Part shown: positions 1 through 16,259 of the stretch, piece by piece
Numbering within the stretch: the stretch's first letter is position 1
Layout: every line of letters begins with the position of its first letter
Assembly (NCBI RefSeq): GCF_009914755.1
Contig: NC_060947.1
Length of the DNA stretch: 64,000 nucleotides
Direction: 5' to 3' (one strand)
DNA from: the human T2T-CHM13v2.0 reference genome, Homo sapiens
Notes under the pieces: model-generated
What the model was told of the DNA's origin: nothing
The model's input: only the letters and a program-made list of their open reading frames with translations
Databases searched by the model: none
Made by a program: the position numbers and the translations under genes

Positions 1-145
1 GAGTCATGAACCAAGTAATACAGGTGTCTTCTAGAAGCTGGAGAAGGCAACAAAATAGAATTTCCCCTACAGCTTCCAGAAGGGGGCATAGCCCTTGATT
101 TTAGCCCGGTGAAACCCATGTTGAACTTCTGACCTACAGAAATTT
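1..145 (+). mobile_element. MLT1 (ERVL-MaLR) LTR fragment
   Basis: ctagaagctggagaaggcaa...tttcccctacagcttccagaag...gattttagccc...acttctgacct matches the typical MLT1 core. Confidence 0.75.
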
Positions 146-1316
146 CCAGTAGAAAATAATTAGGATATCTTGACAAATTTCTCTAAGCCTCTGAACCCCT
201 TATCTTTCCATTTCTTTTCAGGAGTATGGATCCAATGGCAACTCAAGATATTCTGACTGCACTAAAAGGAAGTAGAAGGAATTCACATTCCCTAAGAAAG
301 AAGCAGGATGGTCTTCTATTTTCTTCTTCTTTCCCTATTCACCTTTAGCCCTATAATTCTCAATCCATTAATGGAACACACCTAACATACAAGTCGGATT
401 TTTTTCACGCCTGATTCTCCCTTTGGAGATGGTCCCTACCTGGTTGTAAAAAGGTCAGCTTGACCAGTATTTCTTTTTTTTTCTGCCTTTAGTAAATGCC
501 TGTAGTAATTTATTGGGAACTTTTCATTCCAACTTTGCTCTTCCTCTGGTAGGATTTTCAGCTGAACTAGAAAGAAAGAGATAGATACCTGGGGAGCAAA
601 ATAATTAGGAGATATTTCAAGCCACATTTCTTGCTACAAAGGGTCAAAATGCCTGTGCAACGTATTTCAAACACAGCTATGCCTTCTCTTTATTAAACTC
701 AGTTGGAGGGATTATGGAACAGGAATACTCTCTTCATGGGTATCTGCCTGGAAGGCAATACAAACTTCTTCCTCACAAGCAAGGCTAACTGCATATTTAA
801 CTGCAGAAAAGATGGAGCTGAACTAAGCATGTCTTAGGGAGACTTCTGAACAGCAAGTGTAGCTTCTGTCACCCTCCAATCTCCCACTCCTTCTCCACAT
901 TCTTTCATTTCTTCCCTTTTCTTATCCTCTCCCTCTCCCCTTGCTTCCCATTCTCTTTCATTCCTCTTTTCCTTTCTGCATCCTAAGAGATGAAAGGTAC
1001 TTGTTGCCTAGATGAAAGCTTATAATCGCCATCTACTGGATACAGGATTTAAGTACGGGTTGCAGCAGGGTATTTATGAGTATTTGCATGCTTGAATATT
1101 GTCTGTCTCTATTAAGTAATTATTTCTCTCTGACTGCACAGTTGAAATTGCTTCCTGAAAAAACACAATCTTATGCTGTTTATCAATGCTTCTTTTTCAT
1201 AGAATGTGCTTCAGAGTTTTAAAGTTACAATTACTAAATTATAATTTACTAAGCCCCTCCAGGAGAGGGATTCTGCTCAACTCAACAAGTGCTTGGCACA
1301 TAGTAAGAATTAGTAA

Positions 1317-1735
<419 letters not shown>

Positions 1736-2589
1736 GATTCCCTGCCTTTATTACCTTCTCCTCTAATCTAATCCATTCCACATTTGTTGCATTAATTTTC
1801 CTGAAGTTGAACTCTTTCTTGACAAGAGCATTTAAAAAAGTATCCAATACCTCCCTGTTTCCCACATAACGAGGTTCAGAGTCATTAGCCTTACTTTCAA
1901 ATCTCCCACCCTTCAAACTTCATCCTAATTTGCTGACTTTATCTCCTATAGCCCCCTTCACAAACAAAATGATTTATTTGTTCCCAAAACATTCTGTTCA
2001 TTTCACTGTCTCTGTGTCTTCTATTCAGAATTCGTCTCCCCTTCCTGTTCTTCATCTTGCAAACCTTACCTTGTCTTCAAGTTCTTCTTGTAAACTGTGT
2101 TCCCTTTTAAACCTTCTTTAGTTGTCTGCAGCATGTAAGTTCTCACCTTTAAAGTGACTCTCTTGCTTCTGAACTCCAATATCACTTTCTCTTAATGTTT
2201 CTTATCACTTTGCACTTTCTAGTTTGTATTCTAATTATTTAATACATGTTGTATTTATCCTACTAGATTGTGAGCTTTATAATCATGATAGCAAATATTA
2301 ATACCTATTGAATTTTTATAGGTCAGGGTTACTGAGAGGTACTATAGGACCTAGTACGTAGGAAAGGCTTTATAAATGTTATCTATGTTAATGTTGCTGT
2401 TGTTCATTTTTTTAAAAAGATACTGCTGAGCTTACCCATTGTGCTTTCAAAAATCTTCAGCTTCAGCAGTAAGACAGAATCCAACTGTGTTTTCATCACT
2501 CAAAACTTTAATTTCCTTTCTTTTATGGATTTGTTTTTTGAAAATTCTTAGAGGTAGGCAACAATCGGAGAGCCAAGCTGCTTATTTGA

Positions 2590-4026
<1,437 letters not shown>

Positions 4027-7000
4027 ATGGCTTTAAGTTTTTAATAAGGACTTTGTAAATATTTTTGGTACTCCATAATTGAGGTAAACAAATAGCTTAT
4101 ATTCTCTACTTCATGTATGATGAAACTGCGGCCCTTTGCCAAAGGTTCAATGATTTATCCAAGATCACATCTTCAGTGAGCAAAAGCACAGACTAGGTCT
4201 AGGTATTCTGGCTTATGATTTTTCCATTCAACTAAATTAACTCTAAGGGACCTAGATTTGAACTCTCATAATTGTCTAGTTCTTTTGCTCGCAGCCTTTA
4301 CCTCTTATGTACTTTTTCATCCTCTGCTAATGGCCTTCCCTTTTCTTTCCTCAATACAATCACCTTGTTTTTTCTATTTTAAGAAAAAACATAAGTGACT
4401 TAGACTTGCCAGTAACTTTTTTAGGTTCAGCATAATGTACAACCACAAATATGATTTAATTCGTTGTTATCCGTTTCTTGATCAATTTCAAGTTCTTGAT
4501 AAATAGCATGCACACCATGCATACAAAAGTGTATTTCACCAATGAGGAAATAGAAAGCCTGTCCAGGAAGGAAATGGCCCGTAATTTTCAATTGATAAAA
4601 CTGAGTAGCAGAAAATGACTAAAAAGTAAAGGTTTTCCATTGTCTGCTAGTTTTTTTTTTCCCCTGGTTTTCTTTTTCTCTTTCACCTTTTTTTCATTTT
4701 CTTTCATTTGTTCTTTTTACTCTCAAAACACCAGATTAGGAAAGAAAGTCAGGGCAAGCCTTGGGTTTCAGTTGTCCTGTTAATAGCATCTGGGCCTTGT
4801 TACTTGGTTTTCCTTTATGGCACATAGAATCATATTGCAATGTAATAGGGGTCACAGTACTATTTTTCCTTAATTTTTTATTTTCTTGGAGGTGAGGTCA
4901 AGTAGTGGTGATAAGTAATTCACATAGGAAAGAGCCAAAGAAAGAAAACTTTCAGATCATCAATTATCAAGAAGGAGGGAAATAGAGAGAATATGATCAT
5001 TTTCTTTCTCCCACTTTCCCCTACATCAGTGGAATTAAAGCAGGCAGATGTTGTCCTTCACTGGTCTCTGCTAGACAGATTTCATGACTGTACTACTTTG
5101 CTATGTCTCATTTTCATCAACTAACCAACATTAATCAAACTTTTGGAAGCATCCTTATCAGTGCTGCATAATGCATCTCTGTGACTTCCTGATTCTTTCA
5201 GCTCCTGTTTGCCTCTTGTTTGGCTTTCATGTAGGGGAACAGAGGTCAGTCACTCTAGGAGATATGAATAGTCCCTTCAGCTCCCATGTATTGCTGTCAC
5301 TCCACCCTGCTGCCTGTCCCCACATACCTGCAAGATGTATTTCTATTAACCAACACTGATTTGCAGGAGCCCATTCTTCAGTTCCATTTAGGTCACCTAA
5401 TCTGTTTGCTGCTCACTGTCCAAGGGAATTAATTTAACATACACACGTGTGACAAACTCTCCAACATTCAATATAGTTACCAACTGTCTTGAAGTTTCTG
5501 GGGCATTCAGTCTTTGGCTACCCAAGGAGACCCAAGAACAATGAGAGAACTCTTCCAAGTTGTTTTGTTTTCTCCTTCCCTCTCTCTCATTTTTAAAAAA
5601 ATAACCTGATGGGAAATTATTTAATTTGTGCATCTGAGAACTATGCATTATGATGATCAAAGGGAGATAATACGGAGTTCCAATTTAAATCAAAAGCAAA
5701 CTCTAAAAACAATTTAATGAATGCCACATTATTATGGAATTATGAACTAAACAGTGTGTGTCTTAACAGTGGCTGGCATATTTCATGCTTTGTGTGTGCT
5801 GCAAAAAACATTTTGTAAATCTGTAACTTTTCCTGATTCCCAAGGTTCTCTACAAAGAATCACAGTGATATACATTTGTAATGTGTCCAATTAGGTTTTC
5901 AAATAATATTTTATTTGGAAGATATTCCCAAATTAAATATACACTCTGTCTATGTACGCCTGAGATTCTCAATGCTCTCTTACTGGACGTTGTTCAAACA
6001 ACAATCTGTGCATTTTATATGAGGGTGAATGCAATAATGTTTCTTAAGAGAAAAAAATAAAGATGAAACAAATAAATTGTGATTCATTCAGTTCCCTAAA
6101 GAAGACACACCATGTTTTGACAGTCCCTGTTTGGCAACATCTGGCATCTCATGCATAGTAAAGAGTAGCAAGATGCATTGTGAATTAGCTTAATGAGGAA
6201 ATTATATTTGTTGCATTTGCTTGAGACATTTAGCAAAGCCTTCATCTACATGATTTCGTCAACAAAATTTGAGAAATATGCCAGCAATATTTTCACCCCT
6301 ATTTTAGGATTCATTTTCCATAGGTCACAAATGAAAAGAAATTTCTTAAACTTAGATGTCATCACACCCACTTTTAAACAACAGAGTAAGAGGCAGGAAC
6401 CATAGGTTTCTGTTCCAGCCCTGTCAGTTTCCAGCTGTAAGGCCTGGGGCAAGAAAATGTGGCTTTTTTTGCTACAGCCAGTGGCTTCAGTCAAATACAG
6501 AAAACTGATGCCTTTTTACTTTCAAATTATATGAGAGCTTTCTTTTAAAAAGTAATTATTGCTCTTTTGTTTTTCCTACTGAATCATTTAAGAGTAAATT
6601 GCAAAAATCATGACTCTTCACTTCTAAATATTTCAGTGTGTATTTCCAAAGAACAAGCACAGAATTTTACATAATAATGGTACAATAATCAAATTCAGGA
6701 CATTTAACATTGTCCCTTTGTCCTTGCCCTTCTTGCTACCTGGAATACCCTTTCTTTACTCCAACACTCATCTTCCAAGGTCCATTTTCTTCACAAAGCC
6801 CTCTCAGATTCCTCAATGCCACACTGAAGATTTAATGAAGTTTTAAAACATTGAAGCAAGACAGAGAGTGTACATCTTTGCTTCTGCCATTTTCTAGCTG
6901 CATGATTTTAGGAAAATTACCTAATCTCTCCAAGGCTAGGTTTCTTTATCAATTAAATAAAAATAAATATTTACTGACTCAGGCTCACCTGGGGATTAAA

Positions 7001-7179
7001 TGAGAACATGTATATACAATATTTAGCATAGGTACACAATAAATCATACTTCTATATTTTATTACAATTTCTCTTTTCCCTGAAATCATGTAGGAGTGAA
7101 TACTTTCTACTTTGTATTTCAAGCATTGGTGAAATTATTTATCTCCCTTATCTCTGACAATAATCACTTATGTATGAGT

Positions 7180-7660
7180 CAGAATTTTCTATGTGCAATT
7201 GGTAGAAACCCAACTCAAATTGGCTTTAGAAAAAAAAGGGAATTCATTCATAATTGAAAACTCTAGGAAAATCCAGAGTCTCAAAAATGTCAAAAGGAGT
7301 TGGTCTCTATTTTTCTTTCTGTGTATGTATGACTGGGCATGGGGGTTGCCTTCAGTAGCTCTATTCCTATATCTGACTAACTACAAATCCAGTGGAATGA
7401 AATGGATTCGTTCCAACAGATCCAGCAAAAATTAGGGAGTTAAATCCTAGACAAATTTGCCCATCCCTAAACTAAATATCTATGATTTAGGTGGCAATGA
7501 TTCTGGTTGGTCAGATCTGGGTCATGTGATAACCCTGCTTGTTTCAGAGTGATGTCATCCCTGCCGGACCCACGTAGACAGAGAGTGAAAACGGGATGTT
7601 TACCAGAAAAAAATCAATGTGTGGTGACTATAAAAAGAAGGAATAGATGTTGGTAAAAAA
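7180..7660. mobile_element. Old MLT1-like LTR remnant
   Basis: agaaacccaactcaaattggcttta...gattctggttggtcagatctgggtcatgtg resembles MLT1J/K/L. Confidence 0.5.
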
Positions 7661-7869
7661 AAAATTATATTATGGCATTTTGTAAGCCATACCCTACCTT
7701 ATAAATATGGAAGATATCATAGCCAATATCCTTAGTCTCCTGCAATCAGTCTCATCCTAAGTGGCCTTCAAGACCACATACACGCTGAAGTCAATATCCT
7801 GTATAACCATGGAGGGACATACTGCAAAGCAGCTATCTTGAATATCAGATCACATTCAGTTTCCTCATC

Positions 7870-10800
7870 TTCCATATCTGGTCAAAATGGAGTAACAGAG
7901 ACCAGATTCACTCTCCTACCTGAAACAACCAAGAGAGCCAAATAAAATATACGAAATGCAAGTTTTTAAGGCACTGGATATCAGGCAAAAAATGATAGTG
8001 ATCCCTGAAAGACGGAAAAGAAATGAGGTGAGCCCTATGATTGTCCAGGTTACTGTCATCAGAGTTTCCAGGCCACAAAATAAGGACACGGAACTCTGGC
8101 AGAACATACTCCCTGTGTTGAGGAAAGAAAGCTGAGAGTCCAAAGAGAACCAATTGGTAGAGTCTGCAAAACAAAATACCAGAGAGGAGAGAGCTGCAGA
8201 GAAATAACTTTGGGGAACTGCAGAAGATACCCTTTGAATATTCAGTAGAGTACTCATCAGTGTATGCATATAAGGAAATTACTAGAGAAAAAAAGATAGA
8301 TAAAAAAAATAGTGTTCATAGATAGCTAGAATTAGTTCCTGTTACTACCAGATTGGAAAACTTCACAATTCAGTCAATAAGGTACTTATTGACTGAGCTT
8401 GATTTATTGACTTATTGAGCTTGCCTCACTTGTAGGGAATAATGAGACTTGAATCTAGACTACAGACTAAAGGCCACTCTGGTTCCCTAACAAATTTGAC
8501 AACAAATACATAGAATAATAAAAATCTTTCCAAGTAATTTAATTATGGCCCAGAATAAAGCTTAAGAATATTTATAGAAATTCAAAAATACCCAGTATCC
8601 AAAAAGGTAAAATTCACATTTGACATCTATCCAAAAATTAGCAGTCATGAAAAGAAGAAAATACATGCCCTAAGAAGAAATCAACCAATCAAAAGTAATT
8701 CAGAATTGAAACAAGTGTTAGAATTAGCATACAGGGATGTTAAAACAGTTTCTATAACTGTATTCCATATATTTAGTAAGCTAAGTAGAGACATGAAAGA
8801 TATAAAAAGGCCCAGGTCAAACTTCTGAAGATGAAATCTACAATGCTTGAGATTTAAAATTCATTGGCTGGGATAAGCAGCAAATTACAAAATTACACCT
8901 CTCATAACAAAAAGTTAGTGAATTTGAAGACAGAGTAATACAAAAAATTCGAAATGAAACTCATAAAGGAATAAAGAATTTGAAAGAGTGAAAAGAAACA
9001 TCAGCTACCTCTGGGACAACTTCAAGAGACCTAATATATGTGTAGTTACAGTATTCAAGAAAGGAGAGGCAGACCAATATTTGAAGACATAATGGCTAAA
9101 CATTTTCTAAAGCTGATGAAATTTACAAATTCACAGATTCATGCAAGAAGTTCAATGACACCCAAATATAAGAAACATGAAGAAAACTAACTACACTGAA
9201 ATACACCCTAATCTAATTGCAAAAAAAAAAAAGTGATACAGAGAAAATCTCAAACTCGCCAAGAGAAAAAAAACAGACAATACATACAGAGGAACAAAGA
9301 TGAGAATGACAGCATTTTTCTTCTCAGGAATGATGCAAACAGAAGACACTGGAGTAACATCTTTAAAGTATAGAAAGAAAAAACAAAAAACAGCAATCAA
9401 GCTTGATGTTTGGATGTGTATCCCCACCCAAGTCTCATATTGAATTGTAATCCCCAATTTTGGTAAAAGGGCCTGGTGGGAGATGATTGAATCATTGGGG
9501 CAGACTTGCCCCTTGCTGTTCTTCTGATAGTGAGTTCTCATGAGATCTGGTTGTTTAAAAGTGTACAGCACCTGCCTCTTCTCTCTCTTCCTCCTGCTCT
9601 AGCCATGTAAGATGTGCTGCTTCCCCTTCACTTTTCGCCATGATTATAAGTTTCCTCAGGCCTCCCCAGAATCAGAAGGCTGTACAGCCTGCAGAACCAT
9701 CAGTCAACTAAACCTCTTTTTAAATTACAAATTACGTAGTTTCAGGTATTTCTTTATAGCAGTGTGAGAATAGATAAATACAGAAAATTGGTGCCTAGGA
9801 GTGGGACTCTGCTATAAAGATACCTGAAAATGTGGAAGTAAATTTGGATCTGGGTCATGGGAAGAGGTTCGAACAGTTTGGAGGGCTCAGAAAAACAGGA
9901 AGATGAGGGAACATTTTGAAATTCCTAGAGACTTATTGAATGGTTTTGACCAAAATGCTGATAGTGATATGGACAGAGATGGGCAGGCTGATGAGGTCTT
10001 AGATGGAGATGAGGCACTTATTGGGAACTATCATGCTTTAGCAAAGTGACTGCTATCTTTGTGCCCCTGCTCTAGGGATCTATGTAACTTTAAACTTGAG
10101 AGTGATGATTTAGGGCATCTGGCAGAAGAAATTTCTAAACAGCGAAACATTCAAGATATAACCTGGCTGCTTCTAACAGTGTATATATATATATGCATGA
10201 GCAAAAAGATGATCTGAAACTGGAACTTCTATTTAAAAGGAAAGCAGAGCATACAACTTTGGAAAATTTGCTGCCTGACCATGTGGCAGAAAAGTAAAAT
10301 CCATTTTCTTGGGAGGAATTCAAGAAAACTACAGAAATTTTCATAAGAGGAACCAAATGTTAATAGCCAAGACAACGGGGGAAATGCCTCCAAGGCATTT
10401 CAGAGACCTTCGTGGCAGCCCCTCCCATCATATGCCCAGAGGCGTAGGAGGGAAGACTGGTTTTATTGGCCGGGCCCAGGGTGCTGCTATCCTGTGCAAC
10501 TTTGGGACACTGCTCCCTGTGTCCCAGACACTCCAGCTCTAGCCATGGCTAAAAGGGCCCCAGATATGTCTCAGGCTGCTGCTCCAGAGGGTACAAGCCA
10601 TAAGCCTTGGCAGCTTCTATGTGGTGCTAAGCCTGCAGGTGTGCAGACAGCAAGAGTTGAGTCTTGGAAGCCTCCACCTAGATTCCAGAGGATGTATGGA
10701 AACATCAGGATGCCCAGGCAGAAGTCTGCTGTAGGGGCAGAGCCCTCAGGGATAACCTCTACTAGGGTAGTAAGGAGGGAAAATGTGGGGTTGGAGCCCC

Positions 10801-12720
10801 CATACAGAGTCCCCACTGGGACACTTCCTAGAATAGTAGATCCTTGAATAGTAGATCCACTGATGGCTTGCACTGCGTACCTGGAAAAGCCACAGGCATT
10901 CAACACCAGCTGTTGAGTGCAGCCATAGGAGCTAAGCCCTGCAGAGACATAGTGGCAGAGCTGTCCAAGGCCTTGGGAGCCCACCTCTTGTATCAGTGTG
11001 GCCTGGATGTAAGACATGGAGTCAAAGATTATTTTGGAGCTTTAAGATTTAATGACCATCCCACTGGGTTATGGACTTGCATGGAGCCTGTAGCCCCTTT
11101 GTTTTGGCCAATTTTTCCCCTTTAGATCAGGAGTATTTAGCCAATGCCTGTACCCACATTGTATCTTGGAAGTCACTAACTTATTTTTGATTTTACAGGC
11201 TCATAGGCGGAAGGGACTTGCTTTGTCTCAGATGAGACTTTGGAGTGTGGCCTTTTGAGTTAATGTTGAAATAGATTAAGACTTTGGGGGACTGTTGAGA
11301 AGTGATTATTATGTTTTACAATGTGAGAAGGACATGAGATTTGGGAGGGGCAAAAGGTAGAATGATACGGTTTGGATTTGTGCCTCCCCACCCAAATCTC
11401 ATGTTGAATTGTAATCCCCAATATTGGATGAGGGACCGGGTGGTAGGTGACTGGATCATGGGGGAGGACGTCCATGGTTTGGACTTGTATCCCCCTCCCC
11501 AACCTCATGTTGAATTGTAATTCCCAATGTTGGATGAGGGGCCTGGTGGGAGGTGACTGGATGATGGGAGAGGACTTCCCCCTTGCTGTTCTTGTGAGAG
11601 TGAGTGAGTTATCATGAGAGCTGGTTGTTTATAAGTGTGTGACACCTCCCCCTTCTCTCTGTTCCTCCTACTCTGGCCACATAAGACCCATGCCTCCTTC
11701 CCCTTTGCCTTCCACCATGATTGTAAGTTTCGGGAGGCATCCCCAGAAACAGAAGCCTGTACAGCCTGCAGAACCATGAGCAAATTAAAACTATTTTCTT
11801 TATAAATTACCCAATTTCAAGTATGTATTTGTAGTGTGTGAGAATGGACAAATACAAAGCTATAATACTACACTAAATAAAATATTTTTCAAAAATGAAA
11901 TAAAGACTTCTTAACATATATAAAAGTTGAAAGAATTCATCACCATCAGACTTGAGCTACCAGAAACATCAAAGGAAATGATTTGGGCAGAAGGAAAACA
12001 ATACCAGATGGAAATATGTACCTATATAATGGAATATAGAGCAGTGATAATGGTAACAACATGAAAATATCCCTCTATGTACATATATATATATATACCT
12101 TATTTAAATGTCTTTAAAAGATGACTGTCTTTAGACAAATAATTAAAATGTAATGTGTTATTGAAAACATATGTAGAAGTAAAATATATGACAATAGCAA
12201 TAAGGCTGGGAGAGGGAAAAATGAAAGTAAACAAAGGCAAAGTTCCTATACTATACATGAACTAATATATATTTTAAGGTAGACTGTAATAAATTATAGC
12301 TAACAAGGCAACAAAAGAGTAAAAATGACATCGCAAAAATGCTCAATCCAAATGAAGGCAGAAAAAAATGAAAAGGTACAATTAAGAGATGGGACAAATG
12401 AAATACAAACTAAAAGGTAGATTTAAGCCTAACTATATCATTAGAAACATTAAATGAGAATAGTTTTTTAATGCCCCAATTAGTCATAGTCTTTTAATGC
12501 CCCAATTAAAAGGCAGAGGTTGTCATGTTGGATAAAGAAAAACAATACTCGAGGATATACCTACAAGAAATTCACTGCAAATATAAATACATAAATAAGT
12601 TAAAATGTAAAAGGATGGAAATCGGTATACAGTGCTACCATTTATCAAGTGAAAACTGGAGTGATTAATATCATACAATTGATGCTGGGAAAGGAAGTAA
12701 AAAACGCTATTTTCACAATG
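7870..12720 (+). mobile_element. Old L1M 5'UTR/ORF1/ORF2-start remnant, interrupted by MST element
   Basis: A-rich L1 ORF1-like sequence (ctgggacaacttcaagagacctaatatatgtgt) continues across the MST insertion to ORF2-start-like ccaattaaaaggcagaggttgtc. Confidence 0.7.
9404..11856 (+). mobile_element. Complete MSTA-like ERVL-MaLR element (LTR 9404-9782, internal 9783-11362, LTR 11363-11856)
   Basis: TG...CA LTRs in direct repeat, MaLR internal region, polypurine tract before the 3' LTR, perfect 5-bp TSD AAGCT at 9399-9403 and 11857-11861. Confidence 0.93.
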
Positions 12721-12769
12721 TTTGCTTGTATATATCAATAAACAAATGAACATTTTGAATCCACGCAGA

Positions 12770-12945
12770 AGCTAATAAAATTTTACAACTGAGTCTCTGA
12801 AAACAAATAAAATGAAAAAGCCCTGATGTGTTGTTGTGTGTGTGCTCCCACCATAGCCATTTTCAAGCTACTTGATGTCAACCAGCTCACATTTTCTGAA
12901 AATTTAAACATAGACTCTTAAGAGCCAGTCCTATTTACCACTGAT
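12770..12945 (-). mobile_element. hAT DNA transposon remnant (MER63-like)
   Basis: ctgaaaatttaaa...gagccag...accactg resembles the MER63 terminus. Confidence 0.5.
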
Positions 12946-14269
12946 TCCAGGCTATCAAAATGTGAGCATATAGTCATCATATCCTGCCAGCTGGCTCTCC
13001 TTTGAAGCAACTATATTTAGAACTTAGAATACAGTTGCTTCAAAGGAGAGTTGTTTAGAATTTAAACGCTGAAACATTAAAGGGTACACAAATGATCCAT
13101 GGGCTATGAATGTATATGGTCTAAATAAAACAGGATTTCTAACAGCATTCTCCACCCTTCCTCCTTACTAAATAGTTTAGCCATTCTTATGGCCTCAATA
13201 AATCTAGGTACCTGCTGAACAAATCAACAGAAATCAGGACATTAACATTTCATCATGGAAACTATGTATGCCTGCAGAAGATGAGAGGACAGGCCTTTGG
13301 GGATGTTCAAAGTGATTCTATTTGTTAACTTCTTAAAGAAAAGTTAGTGTGAATGTCATAAATTTTATTAATTTGCAGGTCATATCAATTCGTTTTAGTC
13401 TTTTATAACAGACTGAAACTAATTTGTAACACAGATAGAGGGCAAATTAAGGGTTCTCATGATTAATCGTAAAGGAAATCTTTACAGATGCTGACTTTTA
13501 AATCATGTATTTATTATTTTTAACTTTTTAGTGTATGGGACAGAGAGGGAAAAAGGGGATGCAGGTGGATTTAGTTTTTGCTCTTTAAAAATTATTGGTA
13601 GGTAGGTGCTGAGCAATTCCACACATGGAATCTCATGTACAAAATGGGGTAGTGACAATAAATAAATTGTTGTGGGCTTTCAGGCACCATACCTTAAATA
13701 TCAATGAGATAGTTTCTCATAAGTGAGACTTTTAAGCTACCACACATAACATGGCATGGGAAGTCAATTCCTCTGCCCTATCTGGCATAAGGCTGGCCTT
13801 AACTTTAAGACTAAACACACCATCCTCCCCTCAGCCCACCTCTAACCATCAAATAATAATTTTTTTAGACTATCATCAAATCTGACCAGAAACAAAAACT
13901 ATCATGTCTTATCTGGAAACTAGATAAGGATGGGGAGATATATCCTGTTCAATATATGCAAGTTTTCTGTTTAGTGTGTTAGGGAGACTAAAGCAGTGTG
14001 TACTAGTTGAATGAGGTCCAAAAGTACAGACTGTTAGAAATATGCAACCTTCACTTCTCAGTTCAGAAGGATCCCTAAGTTCCTGTGCTTTACACAGCCT
14101 GTGAGGGGGAATCTTAATCACATTAATATCATGGACTCTAAAAAGAAGTAGTCCTGGTGTTTAATGGTGCATGGCAGGTCAGCCTGTGTTTATAGCTCAG
14201 GATATGAAGAGTAGGGCTTGGGAGCTGGGGTGGTGGGGGAGGAAGGCAGACAGGGACAAAATGAAGTAC

Positions 14270-15900
14270 AGAATGTGAAATGGTGGCAAAAGCTTAGGAC
14301 CTAGCATCAGCAATACTGGAATCTCCCCTGAGCTGTGCCACTAATTTCTGGTGACCTGGACACGTCCTTCTTCCTCCCTGAATTCCATTTGTATCATCTG
14401 AACAATGAAGATGTAGGACTAGTGGTTTCTAAAGGTTTTTCTTTTTGTTTGCCCCAAGAGTCAATGACTTTAGGGACTCCTTTAACCTGTCTGGCAATGA
14501 TTCTTTATATCTGCCTTAAGGGAAATGGTAAGAACTCATAACCTCTTATAGGTATAAGGCCTAGTTCAGTTTACAAAGTGCTCTTCACATACATATGTTC
14601 TTTGATCCATCCTAGCAATAGCCTTCTGAGATAGGTAGAGTAGGTACTTTCATCCCCAGTTGACAGATAAAGAAACTGAAGCTCAGAGACTAACACTTAG
14701 TGAACACTTACACTTTATGTGCTAAGCATGTTACATGAATCATCTCCCTTAGTCCACACAATGACCCTCTGAAGACTTTTATGGTAGTAATATATTATTT
14801 ACATTTTACAGATGAAGACACTGAGGGACAAAGAGGATCCCTGATTTGCCCATGGTCGCTTAGGTGGCAAATGCCTACGCTTCAGAGCCTTGCACTTTAT
14901 ACTATATACTGCTTATTTTGTAAGGGACCAAATGGAGTCTTGCCTTTGGGAACAGGGTGTAAGGATAGGAGAAACACCCATAATTAGAGAAAGCACAAAC
15001 CTGCTTTGGGCAGGCATGCCCTTGGCAACACTGTGAATACAGTTTGCCTTTGCTGCCTTCTGACATCTCTGTCCCCATCAGGCATCCAGTACCAATCAAG
15101 ATTTCCATAGGCCATATTCTCTAAAGCCCATAGAGGTGGTAAAGCATTTTCTACAGCAGGGGTTCCCAATTCTCGCTGGCCAGCTGGGAATCTTTAGCCT
15201 CATTTTAGAGAATTAGATTCAAATAGTTTAATTCAGCGTCAAGGTTTAAGCTTTTCGGGTGGTTCTAACGTGCAGTCAGGGTACAGAACAAATGTTCTCA
15301 ATCTTGGCTGCACATTAAAATCATCTGGAAAGATTTCCAAAGTTAATGAAGTGCACAACCACCAGAAATGCTGATGTAATTGTTTTGGGGTATAAACTTG
15401 ATCTGGAGATTTTTATAAGCTCCCAAGTGATATTAATGTAGATACAAGGTTGAAAATCACACATCTACCCAGAAGACCTATGATCTACTATATAGGCTTC
15501 ACCACTCATTAGCTAAATAAACTTGGGTAAGTAACTTAATGTCAGACATAGTTTCTTCATCTTAAACATAAAGAAAATAATAACATTCACACTGTGAGGT
15601 TACTCTGAGAAGTAAATAACGTTTGTCAAGGGCTAATATCTGGCATGTAGTAAGTGCTAAAAAAACTAGCTATAATGATAAATTACTATGCAGGATAAAA
15701 AGTATCTGATAAACAAAATCTCACTGAGGCAATGGTTCTCAAACTTTAGCATCCATCAGAATCACCTGAAAGCTTATTAAAACACAGATTGCCTCTCTCT
15801 AGCTACATTTCACGTCTGGGGTGAAACCAAAAATATGCACTTACAGTAAGTTCCCAGAAGATACTGATGCTACTAGTTTGAACATTATAGTTCAAACTAG
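14270..15900. mobile_element. Cluster of MIR and MER5-like fragments
   Basis: MIR cores (acagataaagaaactgaagctcagaga; ttttacagatgaagacactgagg) and MER5 motifs (caatggttctcaaactttagcatccatcagaatcacctg). Confidence 0.65.
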
Positions 15901-15954
15901 AGAAGCTCCATAATAAAATATTAGCTTCAGTTTCAGATTCCCCTCCAAACGAGG

Positions 15955-16259
15955 TTTTTGTTTGTTTCATTTTTGTTTTTTGAAAGAGTCTCACTCTGTT
16001 GCCCAGGTTGGCATGCACTGGCGATCTCGGCTCACTGCAACCTCTCCTTCCCGGGTTCAAGCGATTCTCCTGCTTCAGCCTCACAAGTAGCTGGGATTAC
16101 AGGCATGTGCCACCACACCCAGCTAATTTTTGTATTTTCAGTAGAGACAGGGTTTCACCATGTTGGCCACACTGGTCTCGAACTCCTAATCTCAAATGAT
16201 CTGCCCATCTCAGCCTCCCAAAGTGCTGGGATTACAGGTGTGAGCTACCGTGCCTGCCC
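15955..16259 (-). mobile_element. AluS
   Basis: Full dimer; degenerate TSD caaa(c/t)gag at 15946-15953 and 16261-16268. Confidence 0.95.

Noticed and set aside
440-566. Minus-strand exon-like segment (tttctag|TTCAG...CAG|gtaggg, open frame)
   Set aside because: No recognisable homology or partner exon, and it overlaps the predicted + strand intron 454-552. Not excluded, but unsupported.
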